Below are positions 1 to 7,574 of a stretch of DNA of 64,000 nucleotides, in pieces; the stretch's first letter is position 1, and the number at the start of each line of letters is the position of its first letter. The notes beneath the pieces are model-generated. The model saw only the letters and a program-made list of their open reading frames with translations. It had not been told where the DNA came from and did no database searches. The DNA lies in IMG/VR virus record IMGVR_UViG_3300045999_008996, positions 62,001 through 126,000 of that record, one strand, 5' to 3'. Made by a program: the position numbers and the translations under genes.

Positions 1-686
1 GCAAGACCGCCAATCATACTACCATCAATATAATCGCACCCCCATTGATTGTTGTAAATTGGATAAAGAAAGTCTACTGCTTGTTTTGAGTTACTAATCT
101 TCCATTTGTTGATAGACTCAACTGCTTTGGCAAATCCATTTATCTCAGGACCATTCTTGTACCCAATACCTTCTGCTTTGACACCGATAGCGATGAAGTT
201 GTTTTCAAACTGAACAGAATCTTCATCCCCGTAAGACAGTCCAGCGCGAACTTTATCAAGTGTGCTTGTGTTTTTACGGGTAGTGTTTAGGTCTTCAAAG
301 AGTTTTGCTTCCTTTGCAATACAATCAGACAGACTTGCATCTTCATCGTGAATATAAACGAAACAAGGAATTTCAAAGTCTTCAGGCAGTTCTGCCAGAT
401 GTGCCATAATTGCTTTGTGTTGCCCGTCCACGATTACATAAATCCCATCTGGACGCAGAGCAACAAACAAAGGTTGACATAGTTCGTTATTAAACTGCTT
501 TGCTTTCTTCAGAGTAGCAGTTTGAATAAATCTTTGGTAATCTGAACTAACACAGAGTTGGGAAACTTTCAGATAAACCAGTTTTAATTGTTTTCCTATT
601 GCACCTTTAGCAAATTTAATTTTACCTAAAGTTGCAGCGATTTCTCCCAAAGTTTTTAACTTTGGATCTTGAATATATGATGTCAT
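1..686 (-). CDS. ParB/Srx-like (DGQHR/DndB-related) domain protein, runs off window edge
   Basis: Manually translated, not in ORF track: MTSYIQDPKLK...DYQRFI...YVIVDGQHKAIMA...EAKLFEDLNTTRK. AGGAG RBS just upstream. Confidence 0.75.
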   Translation of the reverse strand, partial: MTSYIQDPKLKTLGEIAATLGKIKFAKGAIGKQLKLVYLKVSQLCVSSDYQRFIQTATLKKAKQFNNELCQPLFVALRPDGIYVIVDGQHKAIMAHLAELPEDFEIPCFVYIHDEDASLSDCIAKEAKLFEDLNTTRKNTSTLDKVRAGLSYGDEDSVQFENNFIAIGVKAEGIGYKNGPEINGFAKAVESINKWKISNSKQAVDFLYPIYNNQWGCDYIDGSMIGGL

Positions 687-754
687 TTTGTCTCCTCTGG
701 AGTTTAGAAAATAGGACTTGAGTTTATAGTCATCGTCTGATTTGGACTATAATA

Positions 755-782
755 ATTATAGCATAAAAAAGAGGGTTGTCAA
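755..782 (-). promoter_or_regulatory. Consensus sigma70-type promoter TTGACA-16-TATAAT with TGn extended -10
   Basis: Plus-strand tgtcaa 777-782 and attata 755-760, upstream of the ParB-like gene. Confidence 0.75.
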
Positions 783-787
783 CCCTC
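765..787 (-). terminator. Rho-independent terminator
   Basis: gagggtt-gtc-aaccctc hairpin followed by U6 on the minus strand, just after the 795..959 stop. Confidence 0.75.
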
Positions 788-794
788 CAGAAAC

Positions 795-959
795 TTAACC
801 ACCTTTTTCTCGCAAACTTCGCACAAGATACTCAGTAAACTCTTCCATTTTTTCAGGAATGACAGCAGCAGGTCTTTCATTGATAGCATTTTTAAGTGCT
901 GTCATTTCTTTCCACTCATCATCTGTAAGTTTTTGATGTTTGCCTGACGAAAGAGTCAT
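795..959 (-). CDS. Hypothetical protein (54 aa)
   Basis: Manual translation MTLSSGKHQKLTDDEWKEM...REKGG; GGAG RBS. Confidence 0.7.
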   Translation of the reverse strand: MTLSSGKHQKLTDDEWKEMTALKNAINERPAAVIPEKMEEFTEYLVRSLREKGG

Positions 960-1048
960 AATTTTGCTCCCGAATACTATGATATGTTAGCATATCCATA
1001 TAAATTATCTAGACACTTAACAATCTCTTCGGGATTGCTTTACATATG

Positions 1049-1276
1049 TTAATCTTCATCATTAAAGAATGAACTAAAAGAACCTCTACTTCCTGGATTG
1101 CGAGTGTCCAGCATATCCATCAGTTCTTCAAACTTTTTGCATTGTTCAATACTCAATAGAATCTTAGAGAGTTGTTGAACTACTGTTGCCTTCTCATTGA
1201 TTGCTGCAGATTTAATTGCGGCACGAAGATGTGATTCTGCCTCCAAAAGATGATCAAGAGTTTGTTTACTCAGCAT
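1049..1276 (-). CDS. Hypothetical phage protein
   Basis: ORF track; overlaps neighbour in operon fashion. Confidence 0.75.
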   Translation of the reverse strand: MLSKQTLDHLLEAESHLRAAIKSAAINEKATVVQQLSKILLSIEQCKKFEELMDMLDTRNPGSRGSFSSFFNDED

Positions 1277-1823
1277 TTACTTTCCTCATTTCAAAACTAC
1301 CATCATTGCGATCAATCCATTCTACAACATCACCTTCTTTAAGTCCAGCAACCTCAAGCAAATCATCAGGAAACTGAACATAACATTCGCCAGTCAGTCC
1401 ATCCATTTCAACAGGAAGTTGCCACTTTACAATTTTATCTTTCACTGGATATATGTCTCCGTCTTCACTTACAAATACCTCTTTATTATAATACTCTGCC
1501 TCTCTCAATTCATATTCAGTATCACTACCACTTTTCCAAAAATCATTCCAGGCACCTTTACATTCTGGTGAAGAATCATCTTTATCACAACTCAAGATTT
1601 CATTTAGATAATCTTGATATTTGTTATTATCAACGCCACTATGCAACAGTCCAAGAAGTTCATATGCTTCAGATGTTTTCTGTTTATATGTGTAGTAGTT
1701 TTCTTTTACCACACCCAAAATAGTGTCATAAATCTCCTTGGGTGTTGCTTCACCTGCAGACATCGCATCGTGAATCCAATTCTCAAGATTCTCAAGAGAA
1801 TACTTTTTATAATCCATAATCAA
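1266..1823 (-). CDS. Acidic protein with C-terminal AbrB/SpoVT/MazE-like swapped-hairpin domain
   Basis: C-terminal VQFPDDLLEVAGLKEGDVVEWIDRNDGSFEMRKV fits the AbrB pattern. Confidence 0.65.
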   Translation of the reverse strand: MIMDYKKYSLENLENWIHDAMSAGEATPKEIYDTILGVVKENYYTYKQKTSEAYELLGLLHSGVDNNKYQDYLNEILSCDKDDSSPECKGAWNDFWKSGSDTEYELREAEYYNKEVFVSEDGDIYPVKDKIVKWQLPVEMDGLTGECYVQFPDDLLEVAGLKEGDVVEWIDRNDGSFEMRKVNAE

Positions 1824-2050
1824 TCTTTAGGTTTGGGTTTAGAGCAGTCGTGGCAGTAATAAGAAAAACCATCACGAAAATACTTTACCACCTGATAGTG
1901 GTCTTTGTCAAGTGGTTTTTCGACTCCACATTTATCACAAATCCTTGTCTTTCTTGATGGATTTTCGGATTCGTTTGAGTTCCTTGAGTTCCATTTTAAT
2001 ATTTTTGTAAGCAGTGTCAGCATCAATCTTATCTCCAAGTTCAAGTGCAA
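1820..2050 (-). CDS. Small Zn-ribbon protein (start uncertain)
   Basis: CDKC...CHDC. Confidence 0.55.
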   Translation of the reverse strand: MHLNLEIRLMLTLLTKILKWNSRNSNESENPSRKTRICDKCGVEKPLDKDHYQVVKYFRDGFSYYCHDCSKPKPKD

Positions 2051-2114
2051 TAATAATTTCTACTCTTGTACCAAAGTGTGCTAGTGCGCGTTCGAATGAA
2101 TCTAATTCATACAT
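1935..2114 (-). CDS. Small protein resembling a cyanobacterial conserved family
   Basis: FGTRVEIIIALELGDKIDADTAYKNIKMELKELK resembles a recalled cyanobacterial motif F..RV..I..LE..GKI....AY..IK..WK.LK. Confidence 0.6.
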   Translation of the reverse strand: MYELDSFERALAHFGTRVEIIIALELGDKIDADTAYKNIKMELKELKRIRKSIKKDKDL

Positions 2115-2328
2115 CTTTTTTACACCAATTCTCAAGAGTTAGAATATCTATACGTGCATCAACTGCATCAATAGAATTGGAGAGTTCATAGAAACAATTA
2201 CTATTCTCTACACTTTCTGCTTCAAGAATTTCGATACGTTCTTGCAATTCAATTAGTTTAGAATAGACATCATCAGCATTTTGTTTTTCATTTGGTGAGA
2301 TAAACCACTTAATAAATTTTTTAATCAT
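2107..2328 (-). CDS. Hypothetical coiled-coil protein
   Basis: ORF track, start moved to MIKKFIKW. Confidence 0.7.
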   Translation of the reverse strand: MIKKFIKWFISPNEKQNADDVYSKLIELQERIEILEAESVENSNCFYELSNSIDAVDARIDILTLENWCKKDV

Positions 2329-2500
2329 TATCAAGAAGTCCAACAGATTTCAAATAACGCCTGTATGACATAAAACGCCCCAGAGATGGTTGTCCTGGAG
2401 CATTTAATTGATAGCAAATCTCACAGTAGCATAACCACTCATACCAAGGAGTAGTTTTATCAAGAACGTGATAGGGATATTCTACAGTAGTTCTTTCCAA
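2321..2500 (-). CDS. Hypothetical protein (59 aa, TTG start)
   Basis: Manual: ...YPYHVLDKTTPWYEWLCYCEICYQL...; AGGAG/GAGG upstream. Confidence 0.6.
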   Translation of the reverse strand: MERTTVEYPYHVLDKTTPWYEWLCYCEICYQLNAPGQPSLGRFMSYRRYLKSVGLLDND

Positions 2501-2649
2501 AATTCCTCTCCTTTTTGAAGTGCTAATACTACAGTTGTATGTTCTCTTGCGTGCCGTTCAAGGTCTTTATTTTCAAAATAAAGATTAGACCTCTCTACAG
2601 CACAGCGAAAGATATTTGCCCAAAACTGTTGATTAGGTGTCAGACGCAT
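2482..2649 (-). CDS. Hypothetical micro-protein (REHxTV motif)
   Basis: Manual: MRLTPNQQFWANIFRCAVERSNLY...HAREHTTVVLAL. Confidence 0.6.
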   Translation of the reverse strand: MRLTPNQQFWANIFRCAVERSNLYFENKDLERHAREHTTVVLALQKGEEFWKELL

Positions 2650-2764
2650 TTTCATTTACTTTTTTTACAGTATTATGCAATTCTTTAAGTGCTTCAATGG
2701 TTTCAGGAGTCTCTTCCCAACTCCACTCATTTCCATTCTTATCAGTAAAAGTTCTCTGTGTCAT
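2633..2764 (-). CDS. Hypothetical protein
   Basis: ORF track, start moved to MTQRTFTD. Confidence 0.6.
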   Translation of the reverse strand: MTQRTFTDKNGNEWSWEETPETIEALKELHNTVKKVNENASDT

Positions 2765-2765
2765 A

Positions 2766-2984
2766 TTAGAGTTTATAATTATCTTTTGTAGAATAAGTCT
2801 TTTCGGTAGATTTGTCAAACTCACCCTCTTGTTTTGCTTTCAAATACCAACGAGTAGCAGTTACACATTGGTCTTCAGTCAGTGAGGTAATGATGCCTTT
2901 ACCATCAGGATAATGTGATTGCCAAGTTCCCCAACTTTTATGCTCCACATAGAAAGCATCATCGTCATAAAATTGTTTACTCAT
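2766..2984 (-). CDS. Hypothetical protein
   Basis: ORF track, operon packing. Confidence 0.7.
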   Translation of the reverse strand: MSKQFYDDDAFYVEHKSWGTWQSHYPDGKGIITSLTEDQCVTATRWYLKAKQEGEFDKSTEKTYSTKDNYKL

Positions 2985-3126
2985 AATGACTCAATTGCCT
3001 CTTCAATTCTACTTTTGCGCTGGTCAAATTTCTATATAAGAATTGCTGATACTCATTACCTTCCAAGAGTTTTGTAAGGTTATCAATCTGCATTAGAGCA
3101 AGAATGAGTTTAGTCTTGTCGTTCAT
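2977..3126 (-). CDS. Hypothetical protein (49 aa)
   Basis: Manual: MNDKTKLILALMQIDNL...; fills the gap between neighbours. Confidence 0.6.
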   Translation of the reverse strand: MNDKTKLILALMQIDNLTKLLEGNEYQQFLYRNLTSAKVELKRQLSHYE

Positions 3127-3268
3127 TGTTTTTCAGTTCTTCAATACGTTCCATAATGACTTTGATGAAGTCATCTTCAGTCCAGGTATTGAGAATACTT
3201 TCCGTAGGAGAAGTCTCGTCCCAACTGATGGTAAATGATTTGTCTTCATTTTCAGTTACCTCTATCAT
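3110..3268 (-). CDS. Hypothetical protein (52 aa)
   Basis: Manual: MIEVTENEDKSFTISWDE...WTEDDF; ATGA overlap. Confidence 0.65.
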   Translation of the reverse strand: MIEVTENEDKSFTISWDETSPTESILNTWTEDDFIKVIMERIEELKNNERQD

Positions 3269-3576
3269 TTTTTGCGTTTTGTAGGGCGAGTAGTGTTTCG
3301 AGTGGAATCCACGCTGGGTTTTCGTCCTTTACTTGTACTAGAACTTCCTTTACTTTTTGGTTTAGGTTTTTGTTCCACACTTCCCTTACGTTTTTTACTG
3401 GTGTCAATGGGTTCTCCATCTCTATAGTCAATTTTCAGGTTCTTCTTATCTAGTTTATATCGGTCTAGGTGTTTTTGCAAGTCAACCGTGTCCTTAAACC
3501 AACAAATACGGTTCTCTGCTTTAACTTCCAAACGAACGCCAAAGGATTCATAAGGAAATAGTTCTGTACTAATCAT
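3265..3576 (-). CDS. Hypothetical protein with basic tail
   Basis: ORF track; ATGA overlaps. Confidence 0.75.
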   Translation of the reverse strand: MISTELFPYESFGVRLEVKAENRICWFKDTVDLQKHLDRYKLDKKNLKIDYRDGEPIDTSKKRKGSVEQKPKPKSKGSSSTSKGRKPSVDSTRNTTRPTKRKK

Positions 3577-3956
3577 CTTCCCGTCACATCCTCATAGTCT
3601 TGTACTTTTCCGTGTTTGAAATGTATTCTACACCGGGGCCAGTAATCACATTTTCCTTCCAAAGTTGCAGGATAAACCTCAACATAATCAGTCACATCAC
3701 AAGGTTCTACTTTACCGTGCTTTCCTGTAGGTATCCATTCATAATTCAAAAACAAACGTTTAGGGTCATAACGCTCATCATCTTCCTTAATGTCTTCAAA
3801 GGTATGAGTTTCTCTATAGGTGATTTCATACAAACACCCATCAGGTGCAATCCAATAATGACACATTGCACAAGCAAGGTCCTTAGTTTGCATTTTTACA
3901 TTTGTGAAGTTAGGTCCCAAATAATATGAAGACTTTATCTCATCAAATAATCCCAT
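3573..3956 (-). CDS. Hypothetical phage protein
   Basis: ORF track, start MGLFDEIK after a GGAGG RBS. Confidence 0.75.
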   Translation of the reverse strand: MGLFDEIKSSYYLGPNFTNVKMQTKDLACAMCHYWIAPDGCLYEITYRETHTFEDIKEDDERYDPKRLFLNYEWIPTGKHGKVEPCDVTDYVEVYPATLEGKCDYWPRCRIHFKHGKVQDYEDVTGR

Positions 3957-4099
3957 CGTCTTTTCCTCCAAGTTTAACAGGAAATTCCTCATCACTCAAG
4001 TCATTATACAACAGTTTTGCAAAGATTTCATATGCAGGTTGTCTGGTTTCAATCGCAGATGAGGTTGCAACAGACCACATAATTCTCAACTGAAACTTA

Positions 4100-4480
4100 T
4101 CAGGTAAGGTCTTCATCATTCAATTCCACATCTTTTACAAGGTCTTGCAATCGGTTCACCATAACTTCATCCATCGGAATGACCTTCTCTTTACCAGTAT
4201 CAATATCGTGAGACATTTGAAGCAAACTATCTAAGAAATATTTGGGATAAATGTCGTCTTCTAAAGAGTCCCAGAAGTATAAGATACATTGCTCCAATGG
4301 GTCATCAGAGACAAGAAGTGCATAATCTCGGTAGTTATTACCCATCAAGTCCGCCCAGTTCTTAAAGGCATACCAACAATCGTACCACCCCTGAACAATA
4401 CAGGAGTGCCAGTAGTATTCAACCCAAGACAGTTTAGTTTTCTTGGTATTAGTTCCTAGAAGTGATCTTGAGAATGTCAT
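4100..4480 (-). CDS. Hypothetical protein
   Basis: ORF track. Confidence 0.7.
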   Translation of the reverse strand: MTFSRSLLGTNTKKTKLSWVEYYWHSCIVQGWYDCWYAFKNWADLMGNNYRDYALLVSDDPLEQCILYFWDSLEDDIYPKYFLDSLLQMSHDIDTGKEKVIPMDEVMVNRLQDLVKDVELNDEDLT

Positions 4481-4653
4481 TAGAGATAATGCGGTTTTTC
4501 TGTATCAAATTGGTAGAACTTCACGTCTTTCATATTGAGACACATACGAACAGTTTCGTGCTCTCTGTGTTCTCTATCTGTGCCTTTATATAGTCCTCTG
4601 CGTTGATAAGCACAGCACCAGACATTATAGTAGATTTTAGATTTATCGGTCAT
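4480..4653 (-). CDS. Hypothetical micro-protein (REHxTV motif)
   Basis: Manual: MTDKSKIYYNVWCCAYQRRGLY...EHREHETVRMCL. Confidence 0.65.
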   Translation of the reverse strand: MTDKSKIYYNVWCCAYQRRGLYKGTDREHREHETVRMCLNMKDVKFYQFDTEKPHYL

Positions 4654-4852
4654 CATCCCAAGGTGCTCTGCGACTCAATACTCTAGCGATCTTTTCGTTG
4701 TATTGTGGTGGTTTGTTGATTGCTTCTATGAGAGTATCATATGCTTCTTGACTCACATACATCTTTGTAGGTTTCATTCCAAGATGCTTGATGCACTTTC
4801 GTTCCCATCTCCATTCTTTATACTTATGCCATAATGACATTAGAAAGTTCAT
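4643..4852 (-). CDS. Small protein with DUF1778/TacA-like C-terminal segment
   Basis: VSQEAYDTLIEAINKPPQYNEKIARVLSRRAPW. Confidence 0.5.
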   Translation of the reverse strand: MNFLMSLWHKYKEWRWERKCIKHLGMKPTKMYVSQEAYDTLIEAINKPPQYNEKIARVLSRRAPWDDDR

Positions 4853-5064
4853 CTTTTGAATACCTCAGAATAGTATGGGTCTCTGCCTGATAGATTATAT
4901 GGGTCAAACCCTGGTCGAGTCATAATCCATTCATCTTCCATTTGCATATAACCCCATGAAAGTTCTTCAAAAAATGCAAGTCTATCAATATTATCTTCTA
5001 ATTGCAAACGAAAGTCAATGCAGTTTCTCCAAGACCAGAGGGCATTTTCAATCCACTGTTTCAT
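4849..5064 (-). CDS. Hypothetical protein
   Basis: ORF track, start MKQWIENALW. Confidence 0.65.
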   Translation of the reverse strand: MKQWIENALWSWRNCIDFRLQLEDNIDRLAFFEELSWGYMQMEDEWIMTRPGFDPYNLSGRDPYYSEVFKR

Positions 5065-5236
5065 CTGAGTAATTAACATAGAGATTGTCCCCACCAATGT
5101 TTAGATGAAAAATTTGACCATTGTTGAGATAGATTCCCAACCACACAGCACGACCTTCCTCCATTACCTCATAATGAAAAAGTTTTACATTCTCTAAAAT
5201 TATTTCGTCTGGATTCTTTATAAATTTTGAGGACAT
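5048..5236 (-). CDS. Hypothetical protein
   Basis: ORF track; first gene after promoter motif copy 1. Confidence 0.65.
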   Translation of the reverse strand: MSSKFIKNPDEIILENVKLFHYEVMEEGRAVWLGIYLNNGQIFHLNIGGDNLYVNYSDETVD

Positions 5237-5251
5237 CAAGGTTTTCTCAAT

Positions 5252-6166
5252 TCATAAGTGTATTATACCAGAGAGGGCACCCGATTTCAAGTTCCCCTGT
5301 GCCAGTTTTTCAACTGCCACAATGTCCTTATGTCTTTTATATTTTCCTATGTAAATCCTATAGATAGAACTTTGGTCATAACCATTTTCTTTTGACCAAT
5401 TACTTAATCCACATTGAGTAATAATTTTTCCATCAGCAAAAGTAATTTTCCAATAGTTTGATTTATGATGGTTTTTTCCAATTTTTATTTTATTCTTTTT
5501 TCCTCTTCCCAAAACCCAACCTTCTCCAGGACATTTTTTGGAAAATTTGTTATTTCCATTTTCATCATTCCACCAATACTTACCTGTATTTGATTCACTT
5601 TGTTTTCTTTTTGTTTTTTCAGAATGTGATTTGCCATAAAGTGGATGATTTTCTTTTGCCATTTTACCTTTAAGAGATTCACTTATTTTTTTTCTGTGTT
5701 CTTCTGAAAGTGGTTTTCCATAAAGTATGCTATTCTCTCCTTTATGTGCATTACTTTGTTTTCTTTTGGTTTCTTCGCTATGTTTTCTTCCTAAATTATT
5801 TTCTTTTATTTTTTGTCTATGCTCTGCCGAAAGAATTTTGCCCGTATGTGCTATTCTCAATTTTTCTCTTGTTTCTTCACTTCTAATACTACCAGAAAGA
5901 CCCTCACCACCATCAGTTTTATTTCTCAAAATACCAGTTCCTAAATCTTTCCTACCAAACACGGCAATCATATACTTCTCGTGCTTAAATGCTTCTTCCT
6001 CTGTTAGGTTTTGTTTTAGAAGTATTATTCGGGATTTATCTTTTGGTGGATAAACTTCACCTCTTCCTTTTCTATATACTCTATTATCTTTACCTTTACC
6101 TATGTAATAAGGAGTTCTATCCTCTCGCAAATATGCATAGGTATAAAATCTGTTAGGATTTACCAT
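5252..6166 (-). CDS. Free-standing GIY-YIG-type homing endonuclease with NUMOD3 repeats
   Basis: FYTYAYLREDRTPYYIGKG...R...E..MI...LRNKTDGGEG; HSEETKRK-type NUMOD3 repeats; start taken as MVNPNR, after the late promoter. Confidence 0.85.
   Translation of the reverse strand: MVNPNRFYTYAYLREDRTPYYIGKGKDNRVYRKGRGEVYPPKDKSRIILLKQNLTEEEAFKHEKYMIAVFGRKDLGTGILRNKTDGGEGLSGSIRSEETREKLRIAHTGKILSAEHRQKIKENNLGRKHSEETKRKQSNAHKGENSILYGKPLSEEHRKKISESLKGKMAKENHPLYGKSHSEKTKRKQSESNTGKYWWNDENGNNKFSKKCPGEGWVLGRGKKNKIKIGKNHHKSNYWKITFADGKIITQCGLSNWSKENGYDQSSIYRIYIGKYKRHKDIVAVEKLAQGNLKSGALSGIIHL
5262..5320 (-). promoter_or_regulatory. Repeated early promoter/stem-loop motif, copy 1
   Basis: TTGAAA(5285-5290)-17-TATAAT(5262-5267) with conserved plus-strand GTGCCAGTT box at 5299-5307. 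Confidence 0.7.
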
Positions 6167-6193
6167 TTCTACTCTTAAATTGGTTCGCAATAC

Positions 6194-6201
6194 TATTTAT
6201 A
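6194..6201 (-). promoter_or_regulatory. T4-type late promoter TATAAATA for the GIY-YIG gene
   Basis: Exact T4 gp55 consensus about 28 nt upstream of ATG. Confidence 0.8.
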
Positions 6202-6202
6202 C

Positions 6203-6260
6203 AAGAAAAGGAGCATTTCTGCTCCTCTCCCACCTTAAAGATGCGAACCAATTAAGGTAT
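6203..6260 (-). ncRNA. Putative antisense sRNA / RNA switch upstream of the GIY-YIG endonuclease
   Basis: ATAAATA at 6264-6270; 8-bp stem (6231-6238/6252-6259) around a segment complementary to leader 6178-6189; terminator aggagca-GAAA-tgctcct-UUUC. Confidence 0.5.
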
Positions 6261-6274
6261 TATTATTTATGTAA

Positions 6275-6571
6275 TTATTTTAAAATATCATCAACAGAAA
6301 CATAATCATAATCATCAATACAAAGTTTGAATCTTACAAAATCTAAAAAGTCCAATTCATCACACTCTGGAATATAATATTCTCCATCACCATCTCTATG
6401 AGTAAAATTAGCAAGATAATCCTCAAATACTACCATAATGGCAAGGGCACGAGAATGATCATGTTCTGTGATGGTTTTATGTGGGTGTGCCACAATTTTG
6501 GTGATACACTCAAAGAGTTCTTCACGGGTGTAAGAGAATGCTTTTGCTTCTTGGTTGAGTGTATAAGTCAT
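6275..6571 (-). CDS. Hypothetical protein
   Basis: ORF track. Confidence 0.7.
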   Translation of the reverse strand: MTYTLNQEAKAFSYTREELFECITKIVAHPHKTITEHDHSRALAIMVVFEDYLANFTHRDGDGEYYIPECDELDFLDFVRFKLCIDDYDYVSVDDILK

Positions 6572-6810
6572 TTCAATCTTTCAAATACATTACGAATATG
6601 AGATACTGAAAGATAAAACTCTCTGGTGTTTTGTCCTCCCAATACGATTGCGTTGAGTTCTTCAAGTGCTTCGTTGATGAGTTCTTGTCGTTCTGCCACA
6701 TTCATAACTTTCTGATAATCTTCTTCAGATACTTTAGCAACAATTACTTCATTTGTTGCCTCTCGTTCGGAAGCAATCTCTAGCATTTCTTCAAGTGTTG
6801 GGTCAGTCAT
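6568..6810 (-). CDS. Hypothetical protein
   Basis: ORF track, start MTDPTLEE. Confidence 0.7.
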   Translation of the reverse strand: MTDPTLEEMLEIASEREATNEVIVAKVSEEDYQKVMNVAERQELINEALEELNAIVLGGQNTREFYLSVSHIRNVFERLK

Positions 6811-7018
6811 TTTTTGCATCAAGTGTTTGCTTTACAATTCTGGCGGACTTTTGTGCTTTTGATTTCCATTCTTCAAGTTTTTCAATTCTATCACACAACT
6901 CGGTGATAATACCAATCAGACAATCATAATCAATATGCTCAATATCTTCACCATATTCTGGGTCATTATAGACATAGTAATTCAGTTCTTTCTTGAAGTT
7001 TCGGTCAGTCATAATCAA
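6803..7018 (-). CDS. Hypothetical protein
   Basis: ORF track. Confidence 0.65.
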   Translation of the reverse strand: MIMTDRNFKKELNYYVYNDPEYGEDIEHIDYDCLIGIITELCDRIEKLEEWKSKAQKSARIVKQTLDAKND

Positions 7019-7197
7019 TAGTTCTCATCAACATATAGTTCTGCCTCATCATCTTTTCCTTTATCATACATTACTTTGGCAAACTTCACAAAGGCATCAG
7101 GTTTTCCAGCAAACTCAGTCCATCCACAACCATCTTCTTCACACCATTCTTCGGTAAAGTATTCTTTTACCATTTGGAGGATTTCTTCAGTAGTCAT
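7015..7197 (-). CDS. Hypothetical protein, likely paralog of 7356..7574
   Basis: MT.E.I.Q....Y..E.W...DA..KFA+V+Y..G shared with 7356..7574. Confidence 0.65.
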   Translation of the reverse strand: MTTEEILQMVKEYFTEEWCEEDGCGWTEFAGKPDAFVKFAKVMYDKGKDDEAELYVDENY

Positions 7198-7363
7198 TTA
7201 GAATACCAAGAGCATAAAGTTGTCGTTCAATTCTCTCACTTGGAGTTCCAGTAAAAGCACCAACAAGTTCGGGATTGAGAGTATCAAGTTTCTGTGCGAT
7301 GTTCCAGCACTTATCTACTTCATCTTGATAGTGATTTAGAAGTTCCGTTAGAGGTTCAGTCAT
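7187..7363 (-). CDS. Hypothetical protein (58 aa)
   Basis: Manual: MTEPLTELLNHYQDEVDKCW...; fills the gap. Confidence 0.6.
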   Translation of the reverse strand: MTEPLTELLNHYQDEVDKCWNIAQKLDTLNPELVGAFTGTPSERIERQLYALGILNDY

Positions 7364-7574
7364 CATCAGAACTCCAAGTATTCATTTCGGTGCTTACATT
7401 ATTACTTTCCCAACCTTCATCATAACCCACTTTGAAACCTTCTGTGTAGATTACTCGGGCAAACTTCAAGAGTGCATCTTCTTCTAAAGGTTGCCATACA
7501 GCATCACCAATATCACCAGACCACAATTCTCTCAAATATGAGGAAGCAATTTGAATAATTTGTTCGTCAGTCAT
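7356..7574 (-). CDS. Hypothetical protein
   Basis: ORF track, start MTDEQIIQ. Confidence 0.65.
   Translation of the reverse strand: MTDEQIIQIASSYLRELWSGDIGDAVWQPLEEDALLKFARVIYTEGFKVGYDEGWESNNVSTEMNTWSSDDD

Noticed and set aside
981-1048. Possible Pho/HLR1/NtcA-like boxes and a small hairpin
   Set aside because: Matches are too degenerate to support a specific regulator.
6242-6253. GGTTCGCATC resembling a tRNA T-loop
   Set aside because: No cloverleaf or acceptor stem; better explained as the anti-leader segment.
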